Shown here: positions 8,839 to 18,649 of the stretch, piece by piece | How the letters are laid out: each line of letters starts with the position of its first letter | How positions within the stretch are numbered: position 1 is the stretch's first letter | IMG/VR virus record: IMGVR_UViG_3300045988_086792 | Strand: one strand, 5' to 3' | Source: a virus | DNA: 51,914 nt | Program-made: the position numbers and the translations under genes | Notes under the pieces: model-generated | What the model was told of the DNA's origin: nothing | What the model saw: only the letters and a program-made list of their open reading frames with translations | The model's database searches: none

Positions 8839-9891
8839 ATGCCTAATGAAGTGAGCATTTATACCCCGCGATACCTTGCCGAAGTTGTGCGCATTGCACC
8901 TCCGGTGTATACCTTTTTCCGCGACACCTTTTTCACCAATGTCCATGTCTTCCCGACCAAGGCCATCGACTTTGATCTGGTGAAAGGCGACCGCCGCATG
9001 GCCGCTTTCGTTCATCCGCGCAAGGGCGCAAAAGTGCTGAGTTCTGCCGGTTACGAGACTCTGAGCTACAAGCCGCCCCTCATCAATCCCTATGACGTTA
9101 CCACCGCAGACCAGCTCATGAACCGTCTGCCCGGTGAAGAGATGTACAGTGGCTTGACTCCTGCACAGAGGGCGGCTCAGAAGCAGGTGGAAGAGTATAA
9201 CCGCCTGAATGATTCCGTGATCCGCCGTGAAGAGTGGATGTGTGCACAGGCCATCATGACTGGTCAGATTCCCATTGTTGGTGAGGGGGTCAACGAGATC
9301 GTGGACTTCGGCTTTACGAACAAGAAGAAGCTGACCGGTACGGCAGTCTGGGGCGGTGACAAAGCGGCCATTGCGGACAACCTGCGCGAATGGAAGCATG
9401 ATGTCGCTGTGAACGGTTTCTCCAATGTTGATATGTGCGTCATGGGCTGGAAAGCTCTGGGCCTGTTCCTCGCCGACCTCGACATCCGCAGCCGCCTTGA
9501 CACCAAGAACTATGGCTATGGTGCAATCAATGTCCAGCAGCTTCCGAACGGCCTGACCTACTACGGCCATCTGAACGATCCTGCGCTGGACATCTACTGC
9601 TATGATGAGCACTATCTGGATGACTGGACTGACCCGGAACACCCGGCTACCTATCCTCTCGTCGCAGACAACAAGGTGCTTCTCATCAACCATGCACCCA
9701 ACTACCTGCTGGGCTATGGCCTGTGTACTTACATCGACGATGCTTCTCAGCAGTGGGTCAGCGCTCAGACTGCCCGTCTGCTGCGCTCCTATGTTGAGCA
9801 TCATCCCGACCGCCGTATGCTGGAAGTTCAGTCTCATCCGCTGCCCATCCCCGACAAGGTGGATAGCTGGTTAGTGGCTGAAGTCTGCTAA
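8839..9891 (+). CDS. Major capsid protein, lambda gpE family
   Basis: 350 aa. N-terminus IYTPRYLAEVVRIAPPVYTFFRDTFF...IDFDLVKGDRRMAAFVHP matches the gpE-family pattern. Strong SD. Confidence 0.85.
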   Translation: MPNEVSIYTPRYLAEVVRIAPPVYTFFRDTFFTNVHVFPTKAIDFDLVKGDRRMAAFVHPRKGAKVLSSAGYETLSYKPPLINPYDVTTADQLMNRLPGEEMYSGLTPAQRAAQKQVEEYNRLNDSVIRREEWMCAQAIMTGQIPIVGEGVNEIVDFGFTNKKKLTGTAVWGGDKAAIADNLREWKHDVAVNGFSNVDMCVMGWKALGLFLADLDIRSRLDTKNYGYGAINVQQLPNGLTYYGHLNDPALDIYCYDEHYLDDWTDPEHPATYPLVADNKVLLINHAPNYLLGYGLCTYIDDASQQWVSAQTARLLRSYVEHHPDRRMLEVQSHPLPIPDKVDSWLVAEVC

Positions 9892-9898
9892 AGAGAAT

Positions 9899-9933
9899 GC
9901 TCCCTGCCGATACCCGGCGGGGAGCAGGTTTTT
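9899..9933 (+). terminator. Intrinsic terminator-like hairpin after the capsid gene
   Basis: GCTCCC-(14 nt)-GGGAGC followed by AGGTTTTT. Confidence 0.55.
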
Positions 9934-9944
9934 GAGGAAATCCA

Positions 9945-10286
9945 ATGTCAGATTTCAAAAAGCTACTCGAAGAAGACATTGATGCTGTGTTTCTTGATGC
10001 CGATATTTTTGCAGAGGAACACGCCATTGACGGGAAGCCGATGGTGGCGGTGATCTGCAATGACACGCTGAAAGAAGCGGGCGGTCATTGGGAGGGCGGC
10101 GTTCGCCAGAGCTACGGCACGGCGATTTACTCCACGAGTAAGAAACTGTATGTCAAGAAACAGGATTATGGGAGAATGCCGAAAATCGGGAATCCCATCC
10201 AAGTTGACGAGATGACGCTTTACATCCGGGATTTCGACGAGCAGCAGGGAATGTATGTGATGACCATAGACCGGAGACGACAATGA
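9945..10286 (+). CDS. Head-tail attachment protein, lambda gpFII-like
   Basis: 113 aa. Starts MSDFKKLLEEDID and ends DRRRQ, parallel to gpFII. Position after the capsid gene fits. Confidence 0.5.
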   Translation: MSDFKKLLEEDIDAVFLDADIFAEEHAIDGKPMVAVICNDTLKEAGGHWEGGVRQSYGTAIYSTSKKLYVKKQDYGRMPKIGNPIQVDEMTLYIRDFDEQQGMYVMTIDRRRQ

Positions 10287-11020
10287 GCTACACACGGTAC
10301 AATGCCGACAACCTCACGATAGAGCTTATCGGCGAGAAAGAAGTTGCGAAAGCGCTTGGAAACATTCCGCAGAAAGCCCCGCTGGTGATTCGGAATGCCG
10401 TCAATGAGACCGCAAAGGATGCCCGCAGGGTGATGATCCATGAGGCAAAAAAGCGGTACGCCCTGAACAGCAAGGGCCGCCAACATCTGAATGATTTGAA
10501 AATCAGACAGAGAGCGAAAGTGTCCGACCTTGGCGCGGAGCTGCATATCGGCGGTCCATCACAGAAGAAGCAGATGCGAAATGATCTTGGCTACTTCAAA
10601 ACGATTCCCAATAGGCCGTACATGGGCGTGGATGTGGCAAATGCGCCTGCCTATTTCAGAGGCAAAGTTCTGAAAAGTGGAAGCATGAAGCAACTGACCG
10701 GCCAAGGAAAACTGAGCAAAGGTTTTCTTGTGAAGTTCACGAATGGCACGACGGACGACAAGAACCATGTGGGTATGGTCCAGCGCATCGTTGGGTCGAG
10801 TGGCGGACCGGAAAAAACAAGAACAGGTGCACCGCGCTGGCGCAATGCACAGGGGAATGTAGAGAAAATCGTCACGATGGGCAGTCCGTCAGCGGCGGCA
10901 ATGCACCATGTCATATGGCAGCAGGTTGAGCCGCAGGTACAGGACACCTTGGAGAAAAAACTTGAAGCGTCGATTCAGAAAACGCTTGCACGAGCAGCAA
11001 AGAAAGGAGCCAGAAAATGA
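10283..11020 (+). CDS. Head-tail connector/neck protein (HK97 gp10-like)
   Basis: 245 aa. N-terminus LTIELIGEKEVAKALGNIPQKAPLVIRNAVNETAKDAR resembles gp10-family openings. Start and stop are coupled to the neighbouring genes. Confidence 0.4.
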   Translation: MSYTRYNADNLTIELIGEKEVAKALGNIPQKAPLVIRNAVNETAKDARRVMIHEAKKRYALNSKGRQHLNDLKIRQRAKVSDLGAELHIGGPSQKKQMRNDLGYFKTIPNRPYMGVDVANAPAYFRGKVLKSGSMKQLTGQGKLSKGFLVKFTNGTTDDKNHVGMVQRIVGSSGGPEKTRTGAPRWRNAQGNVEKIVTMGSPSAAAMHHVIWQQVEPQVQDTLEKKLEASIQKTLARAAKKGARK

Positions 11021-11526
11021 GTGAACAACTTGCCATGACTCCTTACATGATGCAGATTGCACTGAACAAAACGCTCAAGGAATACTTCAAAGGAAGGAAA
11101 TACTGCGGCCCCGGCGGAGAAAAAGAGCTGAATTTCTATGAACAAAATCTGCCCATAGATAACGGCTCCGACTACGAAGTAGACCTCCCGGCGGCGTGCT
11201 CTCCGTACATCATCACCGAGCTAGGGGATACCATATCTCCCGTGGGCGACAAGCCTATGACGGTCAAGGTAACGATGTATATTTGTGCATACGACGAGGG
11301 CCGGAACCGCCAAGGATACCGTGATGTCCTGAATATCGAGTATGCCATTATGCGCAGGTTTCGCGTGCGGCCGACGTTTGGACAGGCGTGTACCGTAGAT
11401 GGTGAGATCAAGGGGAAAATGTCAGAAGACGACTACCACCCCTATTATTTCGGAGCGGTGCAGATGACCTGCACTGCGCCGAATCCGACACCCGAAAGCG
11501 ACCCGGGAATAAAGGAAATGATATGA
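11017..11526 (+). CDS. Structural neck/tail-completion protein (unassigned)
   Basis: 169 aa, translationally coupled within the head-tail joining block. Confidence 0.45.
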   Translation: MSEQLAMTPYMMQIALNKTLKEYFKGRKYCGPGGEKELNFYEQNLPIDNGSDYEVDLPAACSPYIITELGDTISPVGDKPMTVKVTMYICAYDEGRNRQGYRDVLNIEYAIMRRFRVRPTFGQACTVDGEIKGKMSEDDYHPYYFGAVQMTCTAPNPTPESDPGIKEMI

Positions 11527-11786
11527 TGAAAGCAAAAGAAACGAATACCATGCGTGTGTACTGCGGCCCGTCCGTTCGCGGCGTTGCCAGACAGTATACG
11601 AGCTTCACCGGGGAGCTGCCCGAACCGATGAAAAAGCTGGTCGAACAGCACCCGGCGGTACAAAATCTGATCGTGCCATACGATAAGGTGGCGGAAACCC
11701 GTGAGCGGATGGAGCGCCCGGATGTTCCGGGGCAGCCCAAAACAACAGAGCGGGTCATTTATGAACTGCTCAAAGCGGAACTGTAA
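11523..11786 (+). CDS. Hypothetical structural-module protein
   Basis: 87 aa, overlaps the upstream stop (ATGA) and precedes the sheath gene. Confidence 0.45.
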   Translation: MMKAKETNTMRVYCGPSVRGVARQYTSFTGELPEPMKKLVEQHPAVQNLIVPYDKVAETRERMERPDVPGQPKTTERVIYELLKAEL

Positions 11787-11800
11787 TAGGAGGAACAACG

Positions 11801-13255
11801 ATGGCATATCGACATGGCGTATACATGAGCGAGATTCCGTCTACTGTCAAAGCTCCCATCGAAAGCGATGCAGGAGTCATCGTCGTGGTCGGCACGGCCC
11901 CGGTGAATATGGCGGATGATCCTTACCACGCAACGAATGTTCCTCTGCTGGTCCATACGATGGCAGAGGCGAAGAGCGCGGTGGGTTACAGCACTGACTT
12001 CAAAAACTACACGATCTGCGATGCGGTGTCTGCATCTTTTCGGGTCGTGAATGTGTCCCCGATGATTATTATTAACGTGCTGGACCCGTCCAAGACGGAG
12101 CATACCGCCGATGTGGTAGAGCGCTCTATGCAGGTCAATGACGGCTCGGTGAAGCTGGAAACCATTGGTCTGCTGTTGGACAAGCTGCTGGTCAAAGCGG
12201 ATGACGTGACGCTGAAAAATGGCACGGACTATACTGCTGCATTCAACGACGACGGCACGGTGACGCTGGTGATCCTGCCTACCGGTAAAGGCGCGGGCAA
12301 GGCACAGGTCACGGTTTCGGGCAAGCGCATTGCCCCGGAGAAGATCACCGGCGCGGATGTTGTCGGTGGCGTGTCCGCAGACGGCAAGGAAACTGGCATG
12401 GAGGTTCTGCGCCAGATTTTCCCGAAGCTCGGCATGGTTCCGGGCAACCTGATCGCACCTTGGTTCAGCAAGGATGCGGCCTGCGCAGCCATCATGCAGG
12501 CAAAGACCACGATGCTGAATGGCATCTGGCGGATGTTCTGCTGGGTCGATCTGGACAGCTCCGCCACCGGTGCGCAGAAGTACACCGATGTGCTCAAGCA
12601 GAAAACGAAGCAGGCACTCAATTCGCCGAACTGTGCGGCAGTTTGGGGCTGCCCGAAAGTTGGCGATGTAATGTACAGCCCCAGCGCGTTTGCGGCGGCG
12701 TACATTGCACGACAGGATGCAGAGAATGACGGCGTTCCCATGCCGCCCATGTCCAACATCGCCGTCAGCGCAACCGCCATCTGCACGGAGGACGGAAAAG
12801 AGATTTATCTCGATCTGGATCAGGCAAACTATGTCAACGGTGTTGGCATTGTGACGTTCCTGAATTTCAACGGGTTCAAACTGTGGGGCAACAATACTGT
12901 GGCCTACCCGTCGAATACGGACCCGAAAGACCGGTATATCTCTGCCCGCCGCTTCATGAGTTACGATGACAACAACTTCATTCTGTCCAATTTTGGCAAC
13001 GTGGATATGCGGGCAAATCCCCGCCTGCGCGAAGCCATCATTGAGCAGCAGAATGTCCTTGGCGCAAGTTATATTTCCAGCCAGATTTGCGCCCGGTACG
13101 AGATGATGTATCTCGACAGCGAGAATACGGAGCAAACGCTGGCGGACGGCAAGCTGTACTTCCACAAGTACGTCGCAATGTATCTCCCGGCGGAGGACAT
13201 TGAGGGCGTTGTGGAGTTTGACATCAGCGCCATTGCCGCCGCCATGTCTGCATAA
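11801..13255 (+). CDS. Contractile tail sheath protein
   Basis: 484 aa. MAYRHGVYMSEIPS...VVVGTAPV is a typical sheath N-terminus. The tube gene follows. Confidence 0.8.
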   Translation: MAYRHGVYMSEIPSTVKAPIESDAGVIVVVGTAPVNMADDPYHATNVPLLVHTMAEAKSAVGYSTDFKNYTICDAVSASFRVVNVSPMIIINVLDPSKTEHTADVVERSMQVNDGSVKLETIGLLLDKLLVKADDVTLKNGTDYTAAFNDDGTVTLVILPTGKGAGKAQVTVSGKRIAPEKITGADVVGGVSADGKETGMEVLRQIFPKLGMVPGNLIAPWFSKDAACAAIMQAKTTMLNGIWRMFCWVDLDSSATGAQKYTDVLKQKTKQALNSPNCAAVWGCPKVGDVMYSPSAFAAAYIARQDAENDGVPMPPMSNIAVSATAICTEDGKEIYLDLDQANYVNGVGIVTFLNFNGFKLWGNNTVAYPSNTDPKDRYISARRFMSYDDNNFILSNFGNVDMRANPRLREAIIEQQNVLGASYISSQICARYEMMYLDSENTEQTLADGKLYFHKYVAMYLPAEDIEGVVEFDISAIAAAMSA

Positions 13256-13269
13256 AGGAGGGCTGACGT

Positions 13270-13785
13270 ATGAATGCAGAAATCCCCGATAAGGTTGTAG
13301 GCTTTAACGTCTACACGCAGGGCACGCGGCTCGGAACCACCGGCAAAGTGGATACCCCTGAGTTCAAAATGAAGACCTCTACCATGTCTGGTGCGGGTAT
13401 CGGCGGCGACGTTGAAAGCCCGACTCCCGGCCAGTGGGAAGCAACGGAACACGAGATTCCGCTTACGCTGCTTGGCAAAGATCTGGCACTGCTGTTGCAG
13501 CAGGGTATGGACGTGCAGCTCATCTATCGCGGTGCAACGCAGGTCGCGTTGAAGTCCGGCGGTGCGGCGATGAAACAACTTCGCGTCGTTGAGGGTGGCA
13601 TGGTCAAGGGTTTCAAGGGCGGCTCTCTGGAAGCGGGCGGCCAGATGGAGGCAAGCGTCACCATCGAGACGGTCCGCTACAAGATGGAGTGTGCGGGCGA
13701 AGAGCTGATCGCCATCGACAAGTTCAACAATGTTTACCGCGTGAACGGCAAGGATATGCTGGCGGAACTTAACGCCATGACCTGA
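13270..13785 (+). CDS. Tail tube protein, P2 FII-like
   Basis: 171 aa. VVGFNVYTQGTRLGTTGKVDTPEFKMKTSTMSGAGIGGDVESP matches the FII-family pattern. Confidence 0.75.
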   Translation: MNAEIPDKVVGFNVYTQGTRLGTTGKVDTPEFKMKTSTMSGAGIGGDVESPTPGQWEATEHEIPLTLLGKDLALLLQQGMDVQLIYRGATQVALKSGGAAMKQLRVVEGGMVKGFKGGSLEAGGQMEASVTIETVRYKMECAGEELIAIDKFNNVYRVNGKDMLAELNAMT

Positions 13786-13789
13786 TAGA

Positions 13790-13824
13790 CAGCCACCTCG
13801 GAAGTCCGGGGTGGCTGATTTTTT
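13790..13824 (+). terminator. Intrinsic terminator-like hairpin after the tube gene
   Basis: CAGCCACC-(12 nt)-GGTGGCTG followed by ATTTTTT. Confidence 0.6.
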
Positions 13825-13844
13825 GGAAAGAAAGGAAAATCTCC

Positions 13845-14444
13845 ATGAACAAGGAACTCGTGATCGAACCGAAGAAGCCGTACCTCTTTGAAGATGAGGA
13901 ATACAAGACCATCGACCTGTCTGGTCTGGAAGAGCTGACCATGCAGGATGCCATTGAAGCGCAGAAGAATGTCGTCGGCTCTGGCGAGGATACGGTGGTC
14001 ATCTATGCGCCGGAAGCATCGCAGGCATTCATCGACGAAATTGCCGCGCTGGCGGCAAAGCAGCCGGTGGAATTTTTCAATGGCATGAACATCGGACTCA
14101 GTGGCAAGGTTCGTACTGCCGTGCAGAGCGTTTTCTCTGCTGACGGCGATAAGGACAAAAACCGCACGGTGGAATTTGATAAGCCCTACACCTACGGCGG
14201 TGAGACGGTAAGCGTGATGGACCTGTCCGGCGTGGAAGAGCTGACCAGTAAGGATGTGTCGGCGGCGGAAAATGAGGTGCTGAAAACCGGTGTCTACTCC
14301 GCGAACATGAAGAATTTCTTTGTGTACTCCTGCGCGCTGGCAGCCCGCGCCACTGGCAAGCCCATTGAGTTTTTCACCAAGATGCCGCTGAAAGATGCGG
14401 CCAAGGTACGCAGTACGGTGAACGCTGCATCTTTTTTCGAGTAA
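13845..14444 (+). CDS. Tail assembly chaperone (gpE/gpG-like), 0-frame product
   Basis: 199 aa, acidic, between the tube and tape measure genes. Confidence 0.7.
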   Translation: MNKELVIEPKKPYLFEDEEYKTIDLSGLEELTMQDAIEAQKNVVGSGEDTVVIYAPEASQAFIDEIAALAAKQPVEFFNGMNIGLSGKVRTAVQSVFSADGDKDKNRTVEFDKPYTYGGETVSVMDLSGVEELTSKDVSAAENEVLKTGVYSANMKNFFVYSCALAARATGKPIEFFTKMPLKDAAKVRSTVNAASFFE

Positions 14445-14602
14445 TTGGCGGAGCAAAAGACCTCCGCAAACTCGCCATTGCAGCGTCCAGTGCGACGCAT
14501 ACCGGTATAGATTTTTTCATGCAGATGCCAGTGATGGAGCTGCTTGATACCTGCAAGGATATACAGGAGATGCAAGAGCAATGGCGAAAAGCAATGCACT
14601 AG
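14432..14602 (+). other. Programmed -1 frameshift site and extension of the tail chaperone (E+E'-type product)
   Basis: Slippery heptamer T TTT TTC at 14432-14438 in the 0 frame. The -1 frame stays open to TAG 14600-14602 (RVIGGAKDLRKLAIAASSATHTGIDFFMQMPVMELLDTCKDIQEMQEQWRKAMH). Confidence 0.65.
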
Positions 14603-17196
14603 AACTCAGCATCAGGATCGCGGGCAAGGTGGATTCGTCTCTGTCGAAAGCCATCAAGACTGCACAGAACCAGACATCCGGGCTGGCGCGGGGCATGAGC
14701 ACCTTTGCGAAGACCTCTGCTGCCGCCATCGTCGGTGTGACGACTGCTGTTACCGGCGTGATGGGCTGCTGCGGAAAACAGGCCGCAGACCTCGAACAGG
14801 CGATGGCGCAGACCCGGACACTGCTGACCGGCACGACGGAGCAGACCGCAGCACGCACGGCGGAGCTGACGCAGGATGTCATGAACATCAGCCGCGTTAC
14901 CGGCAGAGCATCGACCGAAATCGCCGCAGGTTCCTATCAGGTTATTTCGGCATTTCAGGATACCGCCGACACGGCGAAAATTCTGGAAACGTCCGTAAAG
15001 GCTTCGATTGCCGGACAGGCGGAGACGGTGGACACCGTGAATGCGCTGGCCGCAGTTACGAAAGCATACGGCGATACTTCGGCCGGAGCGGTAGCCCATG
15101 TGTCGGACCTGTCTTTTGAGACCATCCGCCTTGGTCAGACTACCATGCCGGAACTGGCAAATGGTATCCAGAAAGCATCTGGTTCCGCCGCTGCCCTGAA
15201 AGTTTCGCAGGAAGAGTTGTATGCGGGCTTCGCTACGCTGACCGGCGTAATCGGCAACACCGATACTGTGGGCACGGCGCTGAATACCCTCTACACAAAA
15301 ATGCTGAAACCATCGGATGCGTTGGCTGCTGCCGTAGAAAATCTCGGATTTAAGTCAGCGTATGCAATGGTGCAGGCAAAAGGCCTTGGCGGGACCATCA
15401 AGGCGCTGGGCGAGTATACCGGCGGCGACGCAACAAAGTTTGCGGCATTATTCTCAATGCGCGATTTGAAAGCCGCACAAGGTATCCTGAACACGATGGA
15501 CGTGTATGAGGATAAACTTGCGCAGTTGCAGAATGTAGATGGAGCGACGGACCGCGCATTTGTTACTAGCATCAACAACTGGAATAGTTTGTTTGGAATT
15601 GCTGGGAACAAAGTTCAAGTTTTTGCGCAGCAGGTCGGCACGAAATTATTGCCATACGCAAAGAATTTCTTGGCTGACGTAATGCCAAAAGTGGACAGCC
15701 TTATGGATATTGCGTTGGCAGGCATCGACAAGTTCATGCCAAAAGTGGAGCAATTATTCAACTATTTGTCCAACAATGGCCCGCAGGTGGCTGGTACGGT
15801 TGGAGCAATCGGCTCTGTTTGGGCCGGCATGGTTGCCGCCCCGAAAATAGAGCAGGGCATGAAAGGAATTACGGGCTTGTTTTCCTCTGGCGGGAAGAAA
15901 GCCAAGAGCGGCGGCTCGAAGCTGTTTGGAAAAGTCAAGGGATTTGGCGGGTCGATGGTGAACAATATCAAAGACTTCCGTGCGAATCCGGGACTTATTC
16001 GGTCGCTTCCTATCTTTGGATGGGCGCAGAATGTGAAAAACATTCCGGCGAACGCCAAGGCATCAATGCTTCAGGAAATCAACAAGTCGGGCAGCCTTTT
16101 GAAAGTAGCGGGCGCTGGCTTAGGTTCGGTATTTGGAAAAGGTGGTCTGAATGTCGGAGGCATCGCAAAAGGTGCGGCTTCGCCATTTCTTGCAATGGGC
16201 AAAGTGTTCCTCGGAATGCTCAGCTCCACCGCACCGCTCATCCTTGCTATTGGTACGATCATTGCGCTGGTGAGTCTGCTGGGTGACAACCTTGACGATA
16301 TTCGCGGCATCATTCAGAATACGTTCGGCGAACAGGGCGTTGCCATCTTCGACGGATTTGCAGGTGTGGTGCAGAATGTGGCCGGGACGATCCAGAAAGC
16401 ATTCTCCCCGGAGGGATTGGCCGGAATCCAAGGCTTCATCACCGAAACCTTTGGTGCAGGAGCCGGACAGGCATTCGGCACATTTATTCCGCTGATCTCT
16501 ACGGTCGTCGGAATTTTTAACCAGTTGGTCGATCTTGGCGTGAACTACATCAAGCCACTGCTGGTGAGCGTGTTCGATTTTGCAATCAACAAAGGGCTTC
16601 CGGCTGTTATTCCGTTGCTCTCTGCGGTGGTCGGTCTGGTCGGAACAACGCTGGTGAATGCAATTAAGGTCGTGGTCGGTATCGTACAGACGCTCTTGCC
16701 CGTCGTGGAGCCTGTCATCATGGGCATCATCGGGCTTATCAAGGGCATCGTCTCGACGACGATCAGAGTAGTCAACGCAATCATCCGCGCGATGAACAAA
16801 TTCTCTGTCACAGTTCCAGATTGGGTTCCAAGCATCGGAGGTCAGACCTTTGGCTTTAACCTGACCGAAGTTGCGATGCCGAAGTTTGCGCAGGGCGGAT
16901 TCACCACAGGCCCGTCCATTGCGGGCGAAGCCGGAACGGAAGCAGTCATCAGCTTCCAGCAGGGTGTCCGCCAGCAGAATATCGACATCTGGAAGATGGC
17001 CGGTAAGATGCTGGGCGTAAGCAATAACGAGGATGGCGACGATATGCCGCAGATCGTGTTCTCTCCGAACATCACGTTTTCTAGTGATATGGACCCGGCG
17101 GAAGCTCGGCGTAAGGTGGAAGAACTGTACCGACTGTTTGAAGAGTTCATGGAACGCTGGTGGAAAAAGCACCGCAGGGTAGTCTACGGCGGATGA
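14581..17196 (+). CDS. Tape measure protein
   Basis: 871 aa, Ala/Gly-rich with hydrophobic central segments, in the canonical position. Confidence 0.9.
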   Translation: MAKSNALELSIRIAGKVDSSLSKAIKTAQNQTSGLARGMSTFAKTSAAAIVGVTTAVTGVMGCCGKQAADLEQAMAQTRTLLTGTTEQTAARTAELTQDVMNISRVTGRASTEIAAGSYQVISAFQDTADTAKILETSVKASIAGQAETVDTVNALAAVTKAYGDTSAGAVAHVSDLSFETIRLGQTTMPELANGIQKASGSAAALKVSQEELYAGFATLTGVIGNTDTVGTALNTLYTKMLKPSDALAAAVENLGFKSAYAMVQAKGLGGTIKALGEYTGGDATKFAALFSMRDLKAAQGILNTMDVYEDKLAQLQNVDGATDRAFVTSINNWNSLFGIAGNKVQVFAQQVGTKLLPYAKNFLADVMPKVDSLMDIALAGIDKFMPKVEQLFNYLSNNGPQVAGTVGAIGSVWAGMVAAPKIEQGMKGITGLFSSGGKKAKSGGSKLFGKVKGFGGSMVNNIKDFRANPGLIRSLPIFGWAQNVKNIPANAKASMLQEINKSGSLLKVAGAGLGSVFGKGGLNVGGIAKGAASPFLAMGKVFLGMLSSTAPLILAIGTIIALVSLLGDNLDDIRGIIQNTFGEQGVAIFDGFAGVVQNVAGTIQKAFSPEGLAGIQGFITETFGAGAGQAFGTFIPLISTVVGIFNQLVDLGVNYIKPLLVSVFDFAINKGLPAVIPLLSAVVGLVGTTLVNAIKVVVGIVQTLLPVVEPVIMGIIGLIKGIVSTTIRVVNAIIRAMNKFSVTVPDWVPSIGGQTFGFNLTEVAMPKFAQGGFTTGPSIAGEAGTEAVISFQQGVRQQNIDIWKMAGKMLGVSNNEDGDDMPQIVFSPNITFSSDMDPAEARRKVEELYRLFEEFMERWWKKHRRVVYGG

Positions 17197-17207
17197 GGTG
17201 ATGAACT

Positions 17208-17411
17208 ATGGCGTACACGACGGTCAGCGGCGATATGTGGGACACCATTGCCAAGAAAGTCTATGGGGATGAGTATTGCGCGGATGCCCTGATGCAAGCA
17301 AACCCGGAGCAGATCGGAGTATTCCGATTTGACTCCGGTATTGTTTTGCAAACGCCAGAACTTGAAACAGAAAAGAGCGGCAGCCAGCCGCCGTGGAAGG
17401 TGAGCGGATGA
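17208..17411 (+). CDS. Tail protein X (LysM-like), P2 gpX family
   Basis: 67 aa. YTTVSGDMWDTIAKKVYGDEYCADALMQANP is a gpX/LysM-type motif. Confidence 0.7.
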   Translation: MAYTTVSGDMWDTIAKKVYGDEYCADALMQANPEQIGVFRFDSGIVLQTPELETEKSGSQPPWKVSG

Positions 17412-18649
17412 AACCAAGAAGCGCGGGTGTAAAGCTGATCTACAACGGGAAGAACATCACGAACAACACGGACATTGCAGGAGACATCGAAAGTGTTTCC
17501 TATGAGGGAAATGCGGCTGACAACAGCAACAATGTAAGCGTGACCATCAACGCGATGAAAGATAAATGGCTGAACAACTGGATGCCGGAGAAAGGTACGA
17601 CGCTTGACCCGACAATTCTTGTCTACAACTGGCCGGAAGAGGGACAGGGCAGCGAGATGAACGGCGGCGTGATGATCGTCGATGACATCAGTTACAGTGA
17701 TGCTCCCTGCACAATGACCATGAGCGCAGCGTCTAAGCCGAACGACACCAGCTTTTCCGAAGAGGACCGGGAGTATATCTGGAAAAACACTTCTATCCAG
17801 ACCATCGCACAGACCATTGCAGGACGCTATGGGCTGACGCTGGGCTTTGAGGGAACGGACGCGGAAATTGTAAAGCGAGAGCAGCAGGCCACGGATAGCG
17901 CGTTTCTGGATGAGCTGTGCAAGGATTATGGTTTGATCCTGAAAGTTTACTCGAAGCGGCTATGGATATATGACCGGGAAGCGTTCAAGAAAAAGGCTGT
18001 TGCCGCGACGATTGACCGGACAGACATTGTACCGGGGTCCTTTAGCTTTAGTGATGGCTTCGATGGTGTGTATACACATGGTATCTGGGAGTATTCCAAC
18101 CAGACCAAGGGGGTGAAAATTCGGGCAGAAATCGGAAGCAGCGGCAGGACGAAGCGTATCCAGAAGTATGCCTCCAGCCAAGCGGATGCCGAGCGGCGCT
18201 TGCAAGCCGCGATGAACAACGCCAACCACAGCGCAACGCAGGTGAAGTTCACGCTGGCGCTGGCTCAAATTGAATTGAGCGAGTCGCAGACAATCCAACT
18301 TACCGGGTATGGAAAGCTGTCCGGTAAGTATTTTATCGACAAGGTTTCGCTGACGTACAGCCGGAACGGCCTTGAGATGCAGCTGGAATGCAGCAAGGTT
18401 CCTGATGCTGAGACGACGAAAGTGTCTGCCGCCGGTGCAAGTGTGACGCTGAACAATGCGCCGCTCTACTATACCAGTGTGGACAAGAAGCCCGTCCGCA
18501 AGGTCAGCGGCCATTATTTCCTTTACGATGGTATCAATGTGGCGGGACGATACAGAATTACGAATCTGAAATCCCGCTGCGGAAAAACACCGGTCGGAAA
18601 AAATGTGACCGGCTGGGTCAATGCGGCAGATGTCGGAGGTGTGACCTGA
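17408..18649 (+). CDS. Tail/baseplate hub protein, P2 gpD (late control D) family
   Basis: 413 aa from ATG 17408 (ATGA overlap with the gpX stop). Synteny X-D-V. Confidence 0.6.
   Translation: MKPRSAGVKLIYNGKNITNNTDIAGDIESVSYEGNAADNSNNVSVTINAMKDKWLNNWMPEKGTTLDPTILVYNWPEEGQGSEMNGGVMIVDDISYSDAPCTMTMSAASKPNDTSFSEEDREYIWKNTSIQTIAQTIAGRYGLTLGFEGTDAEIVKREQQATDSAFLDELCKDYGLILKVYSKRLWIYDREAFKKKAVAATIDRTDIVPGSFSFSDGFDGVYTHGIWEYSNQTKGVKIRAEIGSSGRTKRIQKYASSQADAERRLQAAMNNANHSATQVKFTLALAQIELSESQTIQLTGYGKLSGKYFIDKVSLTYSRNGLEMQLECSKVPDAETTKVSAAGASVTLNNAPLYYTSVDKKPVRKVSGHYFLYDGINVAGRYRITNLKSRCGKTPVGKNVTGWVNAADVGGVT

Noticed and set aside
7360-9837. 825-aa minus-strand ORF, the longest ORF in the track.
   Set aside because: It is antisense to the protease, decoration and capsid genes, which have clear family motifs and SD sites. 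Its translation has skewed, low-complexity composition. It is a typical shadow ORF in GC-rich DNA. The same applies to 1443-2693(-), 4702-5766(-), 11759-13165(-), 16120-17172(-), 18523-19902(-), 22531-23664(-), 25017-26441(-) and 26835-28268(-).
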